A DNA stretch of 32,000 nt, taken from positions 570,208-602,207 of the forward strand of contig NZ_JAECMT010000003.1 in assembly GCF_016019935.1 (NCBI RefSeq). The letters are read 5' to 3'. The translations under genes were made by a program, and so were the position numbers. The DNA is from Paenibacillus sp. GSMTC-2017. GTDB lineage: Bacteria > Bacillota > Bacilli > Paenibacillales > Paenibacillaceae. Below the pieces are notes generated by a model. That model was given only the letters and a program-made list of their open reading frames with translations, searched no databases and was not told the origin of the DNA. Of this stretch, positions 8,970 through 18,318 are shown piece after piece; the stretch's first letter is position 1; each line of letters opens with the position of its first letter.

Positions 8970-9910
8970 ATGGCAGGCTATCTTATGGAGTTCCCATCTG
9001 ATTATTGACTTTACAATAGATGATGAAGCATCAACTTACAATAGAAATGTGTACAACTACTGAGCTAAAGAAGTACGGAATAAGTCTATCAAGAGAGTAA
9101 CTAGAACAATTAAATGTGGTTTGTTTTCTACGGGTGATTGATTTCACGGATTCTCGGCGTTGTATTACTTAAAGTTTTTTTATGGAAGGTAATAATAAAT
9201 CACTGGCTGAGACGCTGAGCTACTTTCCAGTGTGAGTTAGAATATTAAACAAAATGAGCTGTTTATTCAGCATTTTAAGTGATTGTATGACGAGTAGAAG
9301 GATACTGGGTCATGATTTAATGTTCGGAGGGAAATTCAAGGAAATTCTGGCTGTAATCGTTTTGCAAATTGACAAATTTCCCAAGCAAGTAGTGAAGGAT
9401 AATATAGGTATTACCGCATGAAAAGATAAATTTTTTATTTCTGCAAGAAACTGAAACATGCATCGCGTATAGTGCGTTATAAACTTCAAATTGAGGAGTA
9501 CTCATCTAATAACCAGATGCTACAACTAATGCTGACAATGCCAAGAGTGGCTAGGCAACAACTGTCATAATCTATCAACCTTATATTCTCCACTTATACA
9601 AAGATATACAGATATTTTCGGGGAGATAAAGGATTATCTTTTGGAAAATGGAGTTACTTAGGAGGGAGGGGGCGGTAGCTGGAGATTACATACATAGTTG
9701 AGAAGTCCCCTACTCACCTACACTGTTTATTGAAATGTCAAAATAACTTCTTATCTAATAAAATCAGACAAAATTTATGCTCTTTGAACCGATAGAAAGT
9801 ATAAATGAGAATTAGTATCGAATATATGCTCTTTCAGATGATATGTTTTATTAAAACAGATTTTCGATGACCTCTCTGCAACAATTGAAGAAGTGGTAGC
9901 GATACACGAG

Positions 9911-9938
9911 CTGATGAAATCATTTTTTCTTTTATAAT
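9911..9938 (+). promoter_or_regulatory. Candidate sigma-A promoter for the ATPase/DUF4435 operon
   Basis: A perfect TATAAT lies at 9933-9938. CTGATG (9911-9916) sits 16 nt upstream as a weak -35. The site is about 90 nt upstream of the GGGAGGG RBS and ATG 10025. Confidence 0.2.
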
Positions 9939-10024
9939 ACATTAGAAACTTCTCGTCCTATTAGTTTATTAAGAAGGTATTCTAATATTTTCATTGAATA
10001 TAAGTTTATGGGAGGGATTGGAAT

Positions 10025-11467
10025 ATGAAATATTCTATGCTTAATATTAATAGGTTTAATATCAACAAAATGTTTGGATGGAAAGATGTTAATTTAACAT
10101 TTGATGGGAATGTAAAAATTTATGTAGGGGAGAATGGTATAGGTAAAACTACAATCTTAAATATAATTTATTTTACTCTCACACTGGATTTTGAAAAGTT
10201 GAGAGAAATTGATTTTGAGTCTATTGAGATTGAATTCAAAAACAAAGAGAACGCAATTATTAAACGTGAATGGCTTTTAATTGAGAATGACTCCTTTGAT
10301 TTCGATAGATATAGATTGCGATTGAACCGACATTTAACTCCTGATGAATTTGAATTTGTATTTAATAAAATTTATAGAGCAAGAGAAAAGACATTAGATG
10401 ACTTCATTAATTTATTCAATGATGGGCTAATAACCAGACGAGCTAATGTTAATGGGATTTTTAGCGACATAAAAAGACTTGAAATTCATGCGGATGCAAG
10501 ATACTCGGACTATGTTAATAATGTTAGAAAAGCAATTTCTAAAAATATCACACAAAGGATATTATACTTTCCTACATATAGACGTATAGAAGAAGATTTA
10601 AATAAATTAGGATACAAAATTCAAAAAGAAGAAGAAAAATCAGCTTATTTATCTCAAAATAGTAATAAAGCAAGTAACATAGTCCTTAATACTGGTGAAA
10701 TTATTCAATTTGGAATGAATGATGTATACGCCCTCATTGAAAAGTTAGAAAAAAAAATTCAAGATTCAACGTTGTCCGGATATTCACAAATAACTGGAAA
10801 GATGATTAATCATCTGGTACACGATAATAAAGTAGATATTGAAATGAAGGAAGTTGTGAAAAATGCAGAATCTTTGAATATTGTGCTTGAGAGAGTTGGT
10901 ACTCATCTAGATAAAAACGATAAAATACGGATAAGAGATTTAGTCGCATCAAATGTACTATTCGAATCTAATCAAAATAATTATAATCCATTGATATATT
11001 TTTTATATAATTTAATACAGCTTTATGAAGAGCACAGTGAAATCGACAATTCAATTAAGTTATTTAGAAAAGCATGCAACAACTTTTTAGTTGACAAGGA
11101 AATCGTGTACAACGAAAGTTTAGTGAAAGTTAATGTTATGAATAAGTATGGTAATAAGATAGAACTGAGCAATTTATCTTCTGGAGAAAAGCAAATAGTT
11201 TCACTATTTTCCAAAATATATCTAGATATTAATAATGAATTTGAATTTAATACTAGCAACGATTTTGTCATATTATTTGACGAACCAGAATTATCATTGT
11301 CAATTGAATGGCAAGAGAAGTTATTGCCAGAAATTATGTCCTCGGGAAAATGCTCATTTATGCTAGCAGTAACTCATTCTCCATTTATATATGCAAATAA
11401 CTTACGTGATTGCGCAGAAAGTATTCAAGATTGCATGAAGGAGACTGAGCAACGAAATGGTCAATAG
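10025..11467 (+). CDS. ABC/AAA-type ATPase of a PARIS/AbiL-type defence pair (AriA/AbiLi-like)
   Basis: The ORF is 480 aa with a GGGAGGG RBS. Walker A is GENGIGKTT (nt 10127-10150). The C-terminal head has LSSGEKQIVSLFSKIYL, Walker B VILFDEPELSLS and H-loop LAVTHSPFI. It overlaps the downstream DUF4435-like gene by 11 nt. Hand counts of sampled lines give about 27-28% GC. Confidence 0.75.
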   Translation: MKYSMLNINRFNINKMFGWKDVNLTFDGNVKIYVGENGIGKTTILNIIYFTLTLDFEKLREIDFESIEIEFKNKENAIIKREWLLIENDSFDFDRYRLRLNRHLTPDEFEFVFNKIYRAREKTLDDFINLFNDGLITRRANVNGIFSDIKRLEIHADARYSDYVNNVRKAISKNITQRILYFPTYRRIEEDLNKLGYKIQKEEEKSAYLSQNSNKASNIVLNTGEIIQFGMNDVYALIEKLEKKIQDSTLSGYSQITGKMINHLVHDNKVDIEMKEVVKNAESLNIVLERVGTHLDKNDKIRIRDLVASNVLFESNQNNYNPLIYFLYNLIQLYEEHSEIDNSIKLFRKACNNFLVDKEIVYNESLVKVNVMNKYGNKIELSNLSSGEKQIVSLFSKIYLDINNEFEFNTSNDFVILFDEPELSLSIEWQEKLLPEIMSSGKCSFMLAVTHSPFIYANNLRDCAESIQDCMKETEQRNGQ

Positions 11468-12398
11468 TGAAAGTCCACAAAATCGTGTAGAATTCATGGA
11501 AAGAAAGGCTAAGCTTATTGCTGGATACCATAAGTTTCTCCAAAATTATACAAAATACAAAGAGGCACCAATATGTTTTGTGGAAGGAGAAGATGAAAGG
11601 TATTACCACCTAAGAGTAAAGTTATTATGTGATAATCTAGAACCTCAGTTTATTATTTGTGGTAATAAAGATGGTGTACTGAATACTTTTGACTTAATAA
11701 ATAGTTCAGAAAAATATTCAGATTGTAAATTATTATATTTTGTAGATTCAGATTTTGACCCTAGAATATCAAATAATTTAATTTATGAAACACCCTGTTA
11801 CGCAGTTGAAAACTTCTATACCAGCCGAGAAGTTGTATCAAAAATACTTAAATGTGAGTTTAAGTTTGATGAAGATGGCCCTGACTTTTCTACTGCAATG
11901 AAGTTATATTCAGAAAGACAAAGTGAATTCCACGAAGCAATTTCATTGCTTAATGCGTGGATTGCTTGTCAGAGAGATATAGCAAGGACCGGTATAATGA
12001 CTAGATTAAATTTAGGCGGGCTAAAGATAAATAATTTTGTAGCAATTGAGTTAGATAAAGTTGAAATGAGATATGACATTGATTTAATAGAATCAAAATT
12101 TTCACATGCATACATTTTACCGAGGGACAATGTTACTACCAAACAAGAGGAGCAGAACATTGCAAATAAGCGCTTGATTTTTAGAGGGAAATTCGAATTA
12201 GAATTTACTAAAAAATTTTTACAAAAGGTTAAGGATGACATAACTAGCCAAGAGCCAGCTTTTTTCAGTAAAAAAAGGAGTATTAGTATCAATATTCAAG
12301 AAGCGATTTCTCAATTTTCTATTTATGCAGAGACAACTAATTGTCTGATTGAATACACAAAACAACAATGGACAAGTTTATCGAGAGAAGCAGTATAG
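11457..12398 (+). CDS. DUF4435 (Toprim/OLD-like) protein, AriB/AbiLii-like effector
   Basis: The ORF is 313 aa. It carries the hallmark N-terminal acidic motif CFVEGEDERYYH (Glu43 at nt 11583) and a second acidic cluster, LYFVDSDFD, as in DUF4435. The ATG overlaps the end of the ATPase gene, preceded by GAAGGAGA 12 nt upstream. Confidence 0.7.
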   Translation: MVNSESPQNRVEFMERKAKLIAGYHKFLQNYTKYKEAPICFVEGEDERYYHLRVKLLCDNLEPQFIICGNKDGVLNTFDLINSSEKYSDCKLLYFVDSDFDPRISNNLIYETPCYAVENFYTSREVVSKILKCEFKFDEDGPDFSTAMKLYSERQSEFHEAISLLNAWIACQRDIARTGIMTRLNLGGLKINNFVAIELDKVEMRYDIDLIESKFSHAYILPRDNVTTKQEEQNIANKRLIFRGKFELEFTKKFLQKVKDDITSQEPAFFSKKRSISINIQEAISQFSIYAETTNCLIEYTKQQWTSLSREAV

Positions 12399-12835
12399 AT
12401 AAATAAGGTGAACACTGGTACATCCTTTTAGTTGTCAATAATAATGAATCCATACATGTGATGTGTATAAATTAATGATAAGGAAATCAAAGAATGAGAA
12501 ATGACATATTCGCTGAAGAAGTAAAAAGACAGGAAGATGATACATGTGGAGTGCGTTAAAGGGATTTGCCGAGTCGATACCTAGATTTCTATAGCTATGG
12601 GAAATAGGCGAAGTATTTCTCCTTTGCGAAGAACGATAGTGCTAACAAAATAAAGTACTACGAGATTCGATTAAAGCTTCGGTTGTTTTTGTTGTACACC
12701 ATTTATCTCTCGAATATATAGTGGCTAAACCAGTCAGAACCGGTCAGAGAGAAGCGTGACTAATTGGAAACAGAACAGCTTGACAGCAAGGAGGTTATAA
12801 CGAGGTTTAATCCTATCATGACATTGGGATTTATT

Positions 12836-12868
12836 AGCGTACGGAAGTCTGAGCATCTTCCGTACGTT
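12836..12868. repeat. Perfect 12-bp-stem hairpin (AGCGTACGGAAG-9 nt-CTTCCGTACGTT), function unknown
   Basis: Read directly from the sequence. All 12 positions pair, with one G-T wobble. It lies in ORF-poor DNA between convergent genes and has no flanking T-tract. Confidence 0.6.
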
Positions 12869-13120
12869 GAAATTCGGGAAAAGATTACTTGAGCAGCCGG
12901 TATTGTTCATGCCGTCACGTAAGAACGATTTCAGCACTAGAATACTGATTAAGATGAAAGAGAAGTTCGCAAAGTCAGATGCGCCAGCTCTGCAAAATAA
13001 AGTGACGCTTTACTTGGAAGAGTAGTGCCCAGCCATGTACGGCGCGGCACCGTGCAAACCCCCTCCCTACTACCGTAAGCTGCGAAGAGGGAGGGATTCG
13101 CTCCAAAATCGGCCTCTGGG

Positions 13121-14599
13121 CTAGTTATCATTCTTCCATCGAACCGAAAAAAGCACACCCTCCCCTGTATTCGCCAAGCTATATTCCGACTGATGGATAT
13201 TCAGTATCGTATTGACGATATATAGCCCTAGGCCGCTGCCTCCGGTCGTGCGGCTTCGGGATTTCTCAATGCGGTAGAACGGCTTGAACAGCTTTGGGAT
13301 TTCGCTTGGCTCTATATATGCTCCAGTGTTCAGCACGCTTAAAAGCACATGTCCCTCATCCGCATCCAAGGCGATCCGGACTTGCTCGCCGCTCCGCGTA
13401 TAGTAGACCGCATTGCTCATCACATTAGAGACGGCCTTGGACAGCAGACGTTTGTCTCCTGTCACCATTAGGTCTGGTGCGAGTTCGGCCTCCAGCTTAA
13501 TGTCGTTCAACTCGCATACGTATTGTATCTGCTCAGCTACTTCCTGAACAAGCACAGACACATTCACAGCTGCCATGCTCGGCTGGAAGCGATGGTTCTC
13601 TAGCCGCGAGATATCAAGAATTTCATAGACCAGCTTCTCCATCTCTTTCAGAATGTGATGGGATTGCGCCAAATATTTGTCCCGATCCCGATATGGACCA
13701 ACATTGTGTAGCATCGCTTCAAGCTGGCCAGATACGGCTGTAATAGGCGTTTTCAGCTCATGGGAGATCATGTCCATAAATTCCCGCCGCAACGCCTCAT
13801 CTTCCTCCTTTCGTTGAATATCATCTTTCAACTGTGCATTTGCCCCGGTAAGCTCCTGCAAGGCATGCTGCAAATTCATGGAAAGTTCGTTTAGAGAGCG
13901 GGAGATATCGCCAATCTCATCACTGGAATCATGGCAGGACCGCTCCGAGAAATCCAGTTTGGCTAGTCGCTTGGCTATTTGGCTGATTCCGATCAATGGC
14001 CGGGCGATAAGGCGCGTGTATATAAGCGACGCTAGTACGGAAATTACCAGAATGATAAGCGCCATGTATGGGATGAGCCGCAGAAGCATTTGCGTCGCTT
14101 CATCAATTGGCTGTAGAGAAGCCTGCATAGACAACTTATAACCGCGGGATTCGTATCCGGGCAAGGGTAAATTCGTATGGGAAATCATCTTCGGCGTCTC
14201 AGCCAAGTGTACACTTAGATTTTCTGGATCAGGAATGATGATGGTGGAATGAACCCCCCCCTTTTCTGTGGGCATATCCGATTCCTGAGGCGGAAAGTAA
14301 GAAGCTTCTGTGATGAAATGGTCAGGGTACACCCATTTGCCCGAGCTGTCTTGCACGGACAGGGAGGCATTGTAACGCAAGGAGAATTCATCTAGCTGTT
14401 TGACTGCCTCCGTCCAGTCTTCTTGCGGGAAGGTCGCAAGCAAGCGAGTAATGCCCTGATCCAAGTCTGCAGATTTGTTCTGCAAATAAAAGGACGGCAA
14501 AATAAAATACAAGGTTACATACAACAATAGCGCAAAAGCAACCAGGACAAGACTGGTTAACACAAAAATTTTAAAAGCTATGCTTCTATACTTGCTCAT
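13121..14599 (-). CDS. Sensor histidine kinase with an extracytoplasmic sensing domain (HAMP-HisKA-HATPase_c)
   Basis: The ORF is 492 aa. Two TM segments (about residues 10-35 and 165-190) bracket a loop of about 130 aa. It has the H-box MISHELKTPITAV, N-box VMSNAVYYT and G-box GGSGLGLYIV. An ATGA overlap links it to the upstream response-regulator gene. Confidence 0.9.
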   Translation of the reverse strand: MSKYRSIAFKIFVLTSLVLVAFALLLYVTLYFILPSFYLQNKSADLDQGITRLLATFPQEDWTEAVKQLDEFSLRYNASLSVQDSSGKWVYPDHFITEASYFPPQESDMPTEKGGVHSTIIIPDPENLSVHLAETPKMISHTNLPLPGYESRGYKLSMQASLQPIDEATQMLLRLIPYMALIILVISVLASLIYTRLIARPLIGISQIAKRLAKLDFSERSCHDSSDEIGDISRSLNELSMNLQHALQELTGANAQLKDDIQRKEEDEALRREFMDMISHELKTPITAVSGQLEAMLHNVGPYRDRDKYLAQSHHILKEMEKLVYEILDISRLENHRFQPSMAAVNVSVLVQEVAEQIQYVCELNDIKLEAELAPDLMVTGDKRLLSKAVSNVMSNAVYYTRSGEQVRIALDADEGHVLLSVLNTGAYIEPSEIPKLFKPFYRIEKSRSRTTGGSGLGLYIVNTILNIHQSEYSLANTGEGVLFSVRWKNDN

Positions 14600-15267
14600 G
14601 TCAGCCGTCCTTCCATTAAATAGCCGATGCCTTTAATCGTTTCAATACATGAGACCCCCATTTTTCTGCGGATGTTTTTGATATGGGCGTCGACCAGCCG
14701 CATATCTCCGAAAAAGTCATATCCCCATACACGATCCAGAATCATCTCTCGGGTAATGGTTCTCCCAGCATTTTCAATTAAATAGGCAACAATAGTGAAC
14801 TCCCGGACGGTCAGTTCAACGGGCGCTTCGTCGACAAAGGCTTTATAGCTGTCGCAGTCCAGACGAATGCGGCCGTACAGTAACTCCTTCGGTTTCGATT
14901 CCGGGCGCGATCTTCGCAAGACCGCCTCGACCCGCTTGACAAGCACATTGAAGGAGAACGGCTTGGCAATATAGTCATCTGCCAGTAGATCGAAAGCCTG
15001 CAATTGATCCTTTTCCTCGCTTAAGGCGGTCATCATAATAATTGGCGTCCGACTCTGGTTGCGAATCATTCGGCAGATGGAGTATCCATCCATATTCGGC
15101 AACATAATATCGAGCAACACAAGATCGAAAGTCCCCTCGGTAAACTTCTTGTATCCCTCGATTCCGTCGCTGGCGACGTCCACTTGGTACCCCTGCGCTT
15201 TCAAATATTCCGCGATTAACTCCTGAATATAGCTGTCGTCTTCAACGATTAATATAGCTTCAGACAT
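14596..15267 (-). CDS. OmpR/PhoB-family response regulator
   Basis: The ORF is 223 aa. The receiver domain shows ILIVEDD, LLDIMLPNMDG and AKPF. The C-terminal winged helix shows VDAHIKNIRRKM...GIGYLM. Confidence 0.9.
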   Translation of the reverse strand: MSEAILIVEDDSYIQELIAEYLKAQGYQVDVASDGIEGYKKFTEGTFDLVLLDIMLPNMDGYSICRMIRNQSRTPIIMMTALSEEKDQLQAFDLLADDYIAKPFSFNVLVKRVEAVLRRSRPESKPKELLYGRIRLDCDSYKAFVDEAPVELTVREFTIVAYLIENAGRTITREMILDRVWGYDFFGDMRLVDAHIKNIRRKMGVSCIETIKGIGYLMEGRLT

Positions 15268-15313
15268 AATGCACCTTCTTTAATTGGTGATTTTTTCCGA
15301 TCTTACCACATCG

Positions 15314-15388
15314 ATATGAATTTTATATGAAAATAGAGCCGGCAAACTATCTTCTTCCCAATTTCAAACGGTTTTCATACGAATTTCA
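15314..15388. promoter_or_regulatory. 11-bp-phased repeats in the divergent control region (candidate response-regulator binding sites)
   Basis: ATATGAA occurs at 15314-15320 and 15325-15331. TTTCA occurs at 15362-15366, 15373-15377 and 15384-15388, all exactly 11 bp apart. TTTTCATA (15372-15379) is the inverse of ATATGAAAA. A TATGAT -10 candidate lies at 15400-15405 without a good -35. Confidence 0.35.
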
Positions 15389-15426
15389 CACGGCCGCCGT
15401 ATGATGGGTTCCGAGGGGGAGGGCCT

Positions 15427-16305
15427 ATGAGGAACATAATGAAAAGGATATTTTATCGCGAGACGAACATCGCCCTGTTATTTATGACGCCAAGTCTGGC
15501 GGGATTTGCCCTGTTCTATTTAATGCCATTTGGCGCCGGGTTTTATTATTCCTTGATGGACAGTCCCTCGGAAGGTTCGTTTGTGGGCTTGGCCAACTAC
15601 AGGGAGTTGCTAGAGAGCGATTCTTTCCGTCTTGCCGCACAGAACACCGGGTTGTTCACCTTAATAGGAGTTCCACTCGTAATGGTGATCTCACTGGCGC
15701 TAGCACTGATGCTTAATCGTGCATTGCCACTACGCAATTGGCTCAGGGCCGCGTATGTCATGCCGCTAGTAGTGCCAGTGGCTTCGATTGTTCTTTTATG
15801 GCAGTTGTTGTTCGATCGCTCCGGTGCAGTCAATGGACTCTGGACGTTATGGGGAAGCGCGGACACAGACTGGATGAACTCGTCTTGGGCCCGGGTCGTT
15901 GTGCTGCTGGTTTATCTGTGGAAGACGATTGGATACAACATGATTCTGTTTCTGGCCGGATTGCAGAACATTCCAAAGGACTACTACGAGGCGGCGGGTC
16001 TGGATGGTGCCGGGCCATTCAGGCAATTGTTGTCTATTACACTGGTTTGTCTAACGCCAACTTCGTTTTTTGTTGCGATCATGTCGATCATCAGTTCATT
16101 CAAGGTGTTTCGGGAGACGTATCTAATTGCGGGAGATTATCCGCATGAAAGCATTTATTTTCTCCAGCATTACATGAATAACATGTTCCAGGCTTTGGAT
16201 TACCAGAAGCTTACTTCTGCGTCCTTTCTGATGGCTGCGGTGATAATTCTTGTGGTAATAATCTTGTTCCGTTTTGAACGGAAATTTCACGAAAGAGTGT
16301 CGTAA
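15427..16305 (+). CDS. ABC transporter permease, MalF/UgpA-like (CUT1 type)
   Basis: The ORF is 292 aa and polytopic. It has the EAA loop YYEAAGLDGAGPFRQLLSITL and a GGGGGAGGG RBS. Confidence 0.85.
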   Translation: MRNIMKRIFYRETNIALLFMTPSLAGFALFYLMPFGAGFYYSLMDSPSEGSFVGLANYRELLESDSFRLAAQNTGLFTLIGVPLVMVISLALALMLNRALPLRNWLRAAYVMPLVVPVASIVLLWQLLFDRSGAVNGLWTLWGSADTDWMNSSWARVVVLLVYLWKTIGYNMILFLAGLQNIPKDYYEAAGLDGAGPFRQLLSITLVCLTPTSFFVAIMSIISSFKVFRETYLIAGDYPHESIYFLQHYMNNMFQALDYQKLTSASFLMAAVIILVVIILFRFERKFHERVS

Positions 16306-17165
16306 TGGAGGGACGCATGAAGGATACGTTGAAAATAAGCGCGCGCTTCTCCATCTTACTCATCCTGGCATTGATTATGTTGTTTCCACTTTTGCTTACG
16401 GTCAGCAATTCCTTTATGACAGAAGCTGAAATCGGGTTTAATTACACCGTGGATGAGAGGGATAGCGGTTATGTCAATCTGAAATGGATTCCCGACAGGG
16501 TAAGTTTGGATCAATACAAGGCGCTGTTGTTTGACCGCATGCAATTTTTGATCATGTTCTGGAATTCCTTGCTGCTAGTGGTGCCTATCGTAGTGGGACA
16601 GGTCGTCGTAGCGACCATGGCGTCATTCGGGCTGTCGCAATTTCAATTTCGCGGCAGAGAAACGTTGTTTTTCCTCTATATCATAACGATGCTAATGCCT
16701 TTTCAAGTGACGTTGGTGCCGAATTATTTGGCCATGGACTGGCTTGGCTTACTGAACAGCCGTGCGGCGATTATTCTTCCGGGCATCTTCTCGGCTTTCG
16801 GCGTCTTTTTGATCCGGCAGTTCATGATCGGTATTCCCCGATCCTATGTAGAGGCGGCGAAAATTGATGGCGCTGGTTACGTGACCATCTTTGTGCATAT
16901 CATTGTCGCCATGTCGCGCCCCGGTATTGCCGCCTTAGTCATTCTGGCGTTCGTTGATTATTGGAATATGGTGGAGCAGCCTCTGATCTTCCTGCATGAC
17001 GCGTTTAAGCAGCCGTTGTCCATCTATTTGTCCAGAATAAATGAAGGGGAGCGCGGGTTGGCTTTTGCCGCAGCCGTATTGTATATGCTCCCGATGGTGT
17101 TCGTCTTCTTGTATGCAGAGAACGATTTGATTGAAGGCATTCAGTTATCGGGTGTGAAAGGGTAG
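16305..17165 (+). CDS. ABC transporter permease, MalG/UgpE-like (CUT1 type)
   Basis: The ORF is 286 aa and polytopic. It has the EAA loop YVEAAKIDGAGYVTIFVHIIVAMSRPG. The start overlaps the upstream stop (TAATG). An alternative start at 16317 follows a GGAGGG. Confidence 0.85.
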   Translation: MEGRMKDTLKISARFSILLILALIMLFPLLLTVSNSFMTEAEIGFNYTVDERDSGYVNLKWIPDRVSLDQYKALLFDRMQFLIMFWNSLLLVVPIVVGQVVVATMASFGLSQFQFRGRETLFFLYIITMLMPFQVTLVPNYLAMDWLGLLNSRAAIILPGIFSAFGVFLIRQFMIGIPRSYVEAAKIDGAGYVTIFVHIIVAMSRPGIAALVILAFVDYWNMVEQPLIFLHDAFKQPLSIYLSRINEGERGLAFAAAVLYMLPMVFVFLYAENDLIEGIQLSGVKG

Positions 17166-17178
17166 AAAGGCAGGTTGA

Positions 17179-18291
17179 ATGATGGAAACCGAAAATGTAC
17201 TTCATGCCAGACGCAAACGAAACATCCGCATCGCCGGATCATTGTTCTTCGGGCTGATGCTGTTGTTGACCTTCTTCTCCAACACCATCCAGCAGTTGAC
17301 GTATCCGAAAGTACAAACTGTGAAGCCGGTGTATCAGCAGTTGAGCCATGTCATCAAAGGTGAAGGTACGCTGACGCCGCGAACGATCGAAAAGGTATAC
17401 GACAATTCCGGTTGGAAAGTGGCACAAATCGAAGTGGAGGTGGGGGATGAGGTGGAGAAAGGGCAAAAGTTACTGACGCTTGATACAACCGTGGCCCTTA
17501 ACGCGTTGCTCGATGCAGAGGTGGAATATAAGCAGAAGCAACTAGAGCTAGAGACGTCACAGACCGCGTATAAAACCGCCGTCCAGAATCAGTCGTCGGA
17601 AACGATTCTGCTTGAGGCGCGAGTGAATATGGAAAATATGAAGCTGGGTATGCAAGTTCAGGAGCGAAAGCTAAGCGGTATGCGGGAAGCCTTAAGCAAG
17701 CAACAATTTGTGGTTGCACCGCTGAGCGGAGTCGTGACCGAAATAAATGCCGATCTTGGAATTCCCACTACTCCAGGGCAGCCTGTCGTCAAAATTGCGG
17801 ATAAGAGCAAGGGCCTTGGCTGGAAGTTGGTTGTTGCGAACGAACAGGTTCACGGACTGAAGGTTGGCGAGGAAGTCAAGCTCTATGTGAACGGGGACCA
17901 GCAAGACTTGATTCGAGCCATCGTGGGCGATATCAAGGATGCGGAAGCAACCGCGACTACCGCAGCGGGGAAGCAACTTTTCTTTCAGGTCACTGCTGCG
18001 GAGCTGAAAGGAGGTGAAGCTGTAGGCATTCATTGGGAGCGAAAGAGCGGACTAGTAGTGGCGACGGTGCCGAAAAAAATAGTGGATAGCGATGCGAAAG
18101 GCGATTTTGTAAACATTGTGGAAGAACGGAAGGGGCCCCTTGGCAATCAATTTATGATCCGGAAACGTTATGTCAAGCTTGGAGAAGCGGATGAGCAGAA
18201 CCAGGCGATACTGGACGGATTGACGGAAGATGACAAAATTATAAAAGATAGCAGCGAGCCTTTGAATGAAGGCGATCGAGTCAAAATGTAG
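17179..18291 (+). CDS. HlyD/RND-adaptor-like periplasmic (membrane-fusion) protein
   Basis: The ORF is 370 aa. It has a single N-terminal TM (IAGSLFFGLMLLLTFF). Lipoyl-like half-motifs VEVGDEVEKGQKLLTLD and APLSGVVTEINADLG flank a coiled-coil segment. Confidence 0.7.
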   Translation: MMETENVLHARRKRNIRIAGSLFFGLMLLLTFFSNTIQQLTYPKVQTVKPVYQQLSHVIKGEGTLTPRTIEKVYDNSGWKVAQIEVEVGDEVEKGQKLLTLDTTVALNALLDAEVEYKQKQLELETSQTAYKTAVQNQSSETILLEARVNMENMKLGMQVQERKLSGMREALSKQQFVVAPLSGVVTEINADLGIPTTPGQPVVKIADKSKGLGWKLVVANEQVHGLKVGEEVKLYVNGDQQDLIRAIVGDIKDAEATATTAAGKQLFFQVTAAELKGGEAVGIHWERKSGLVVATVPKKIVDSDAKGDFVNIVEERKGPLGNQFMIRKRYVKLGEADEQNQAILDGLTEDDKIIKDSSEPLNEGDRVKM

Positions 18292-18318
18292 GTTGAAGAA
18301 CAGGGAGGAGTTTACGAG

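Noticed and set aside
9776-9834. A 10-nt direct repeat, TATGCTCTTT, at 9776-9785 and 9825-9834, upstream of the ATPase gene.
   Set aside because: It is too short and AT-rich to distinguish from chance. There is no third copy and no matching sequence at the other side of the module that would suggest att sites.
12551-13073. A possible ORF-less group II intron. The cues were GTGCG at 12551, a 33-nt hairpin beginning AGC with a G-U wobble (12836-12868) reminiscent of domain V, and CCCTCCCTAC near 13061-13070 reminiscent of an intron 3' end.
   Set aside because: The hairpin lacks the conserved 2-nt bulge and GNRA tetraloop of domain V. It lies about 200 nt from the putative 3' end instead of about 40-60 nt. 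No domain VI with a bulged A can be drawn. There is no RT/maturase ORF. GTGCG alone is expected by chance.
15597-16148. Alternate-frame and antisense ORFs within the first permease gene (15597-15866 minus, 15738-16148 plus, 15830-16018 minus). There are similar ones at 17175-18033, 18562-18865 and 19350-19646.
   Set aside because: These are typical spurious open frames of GC-richer DNA. Their Arg/Ser/Pro-rich translations lack motifs, and they are nested in genes with clear EAA-loop, adaptor or SBP features.
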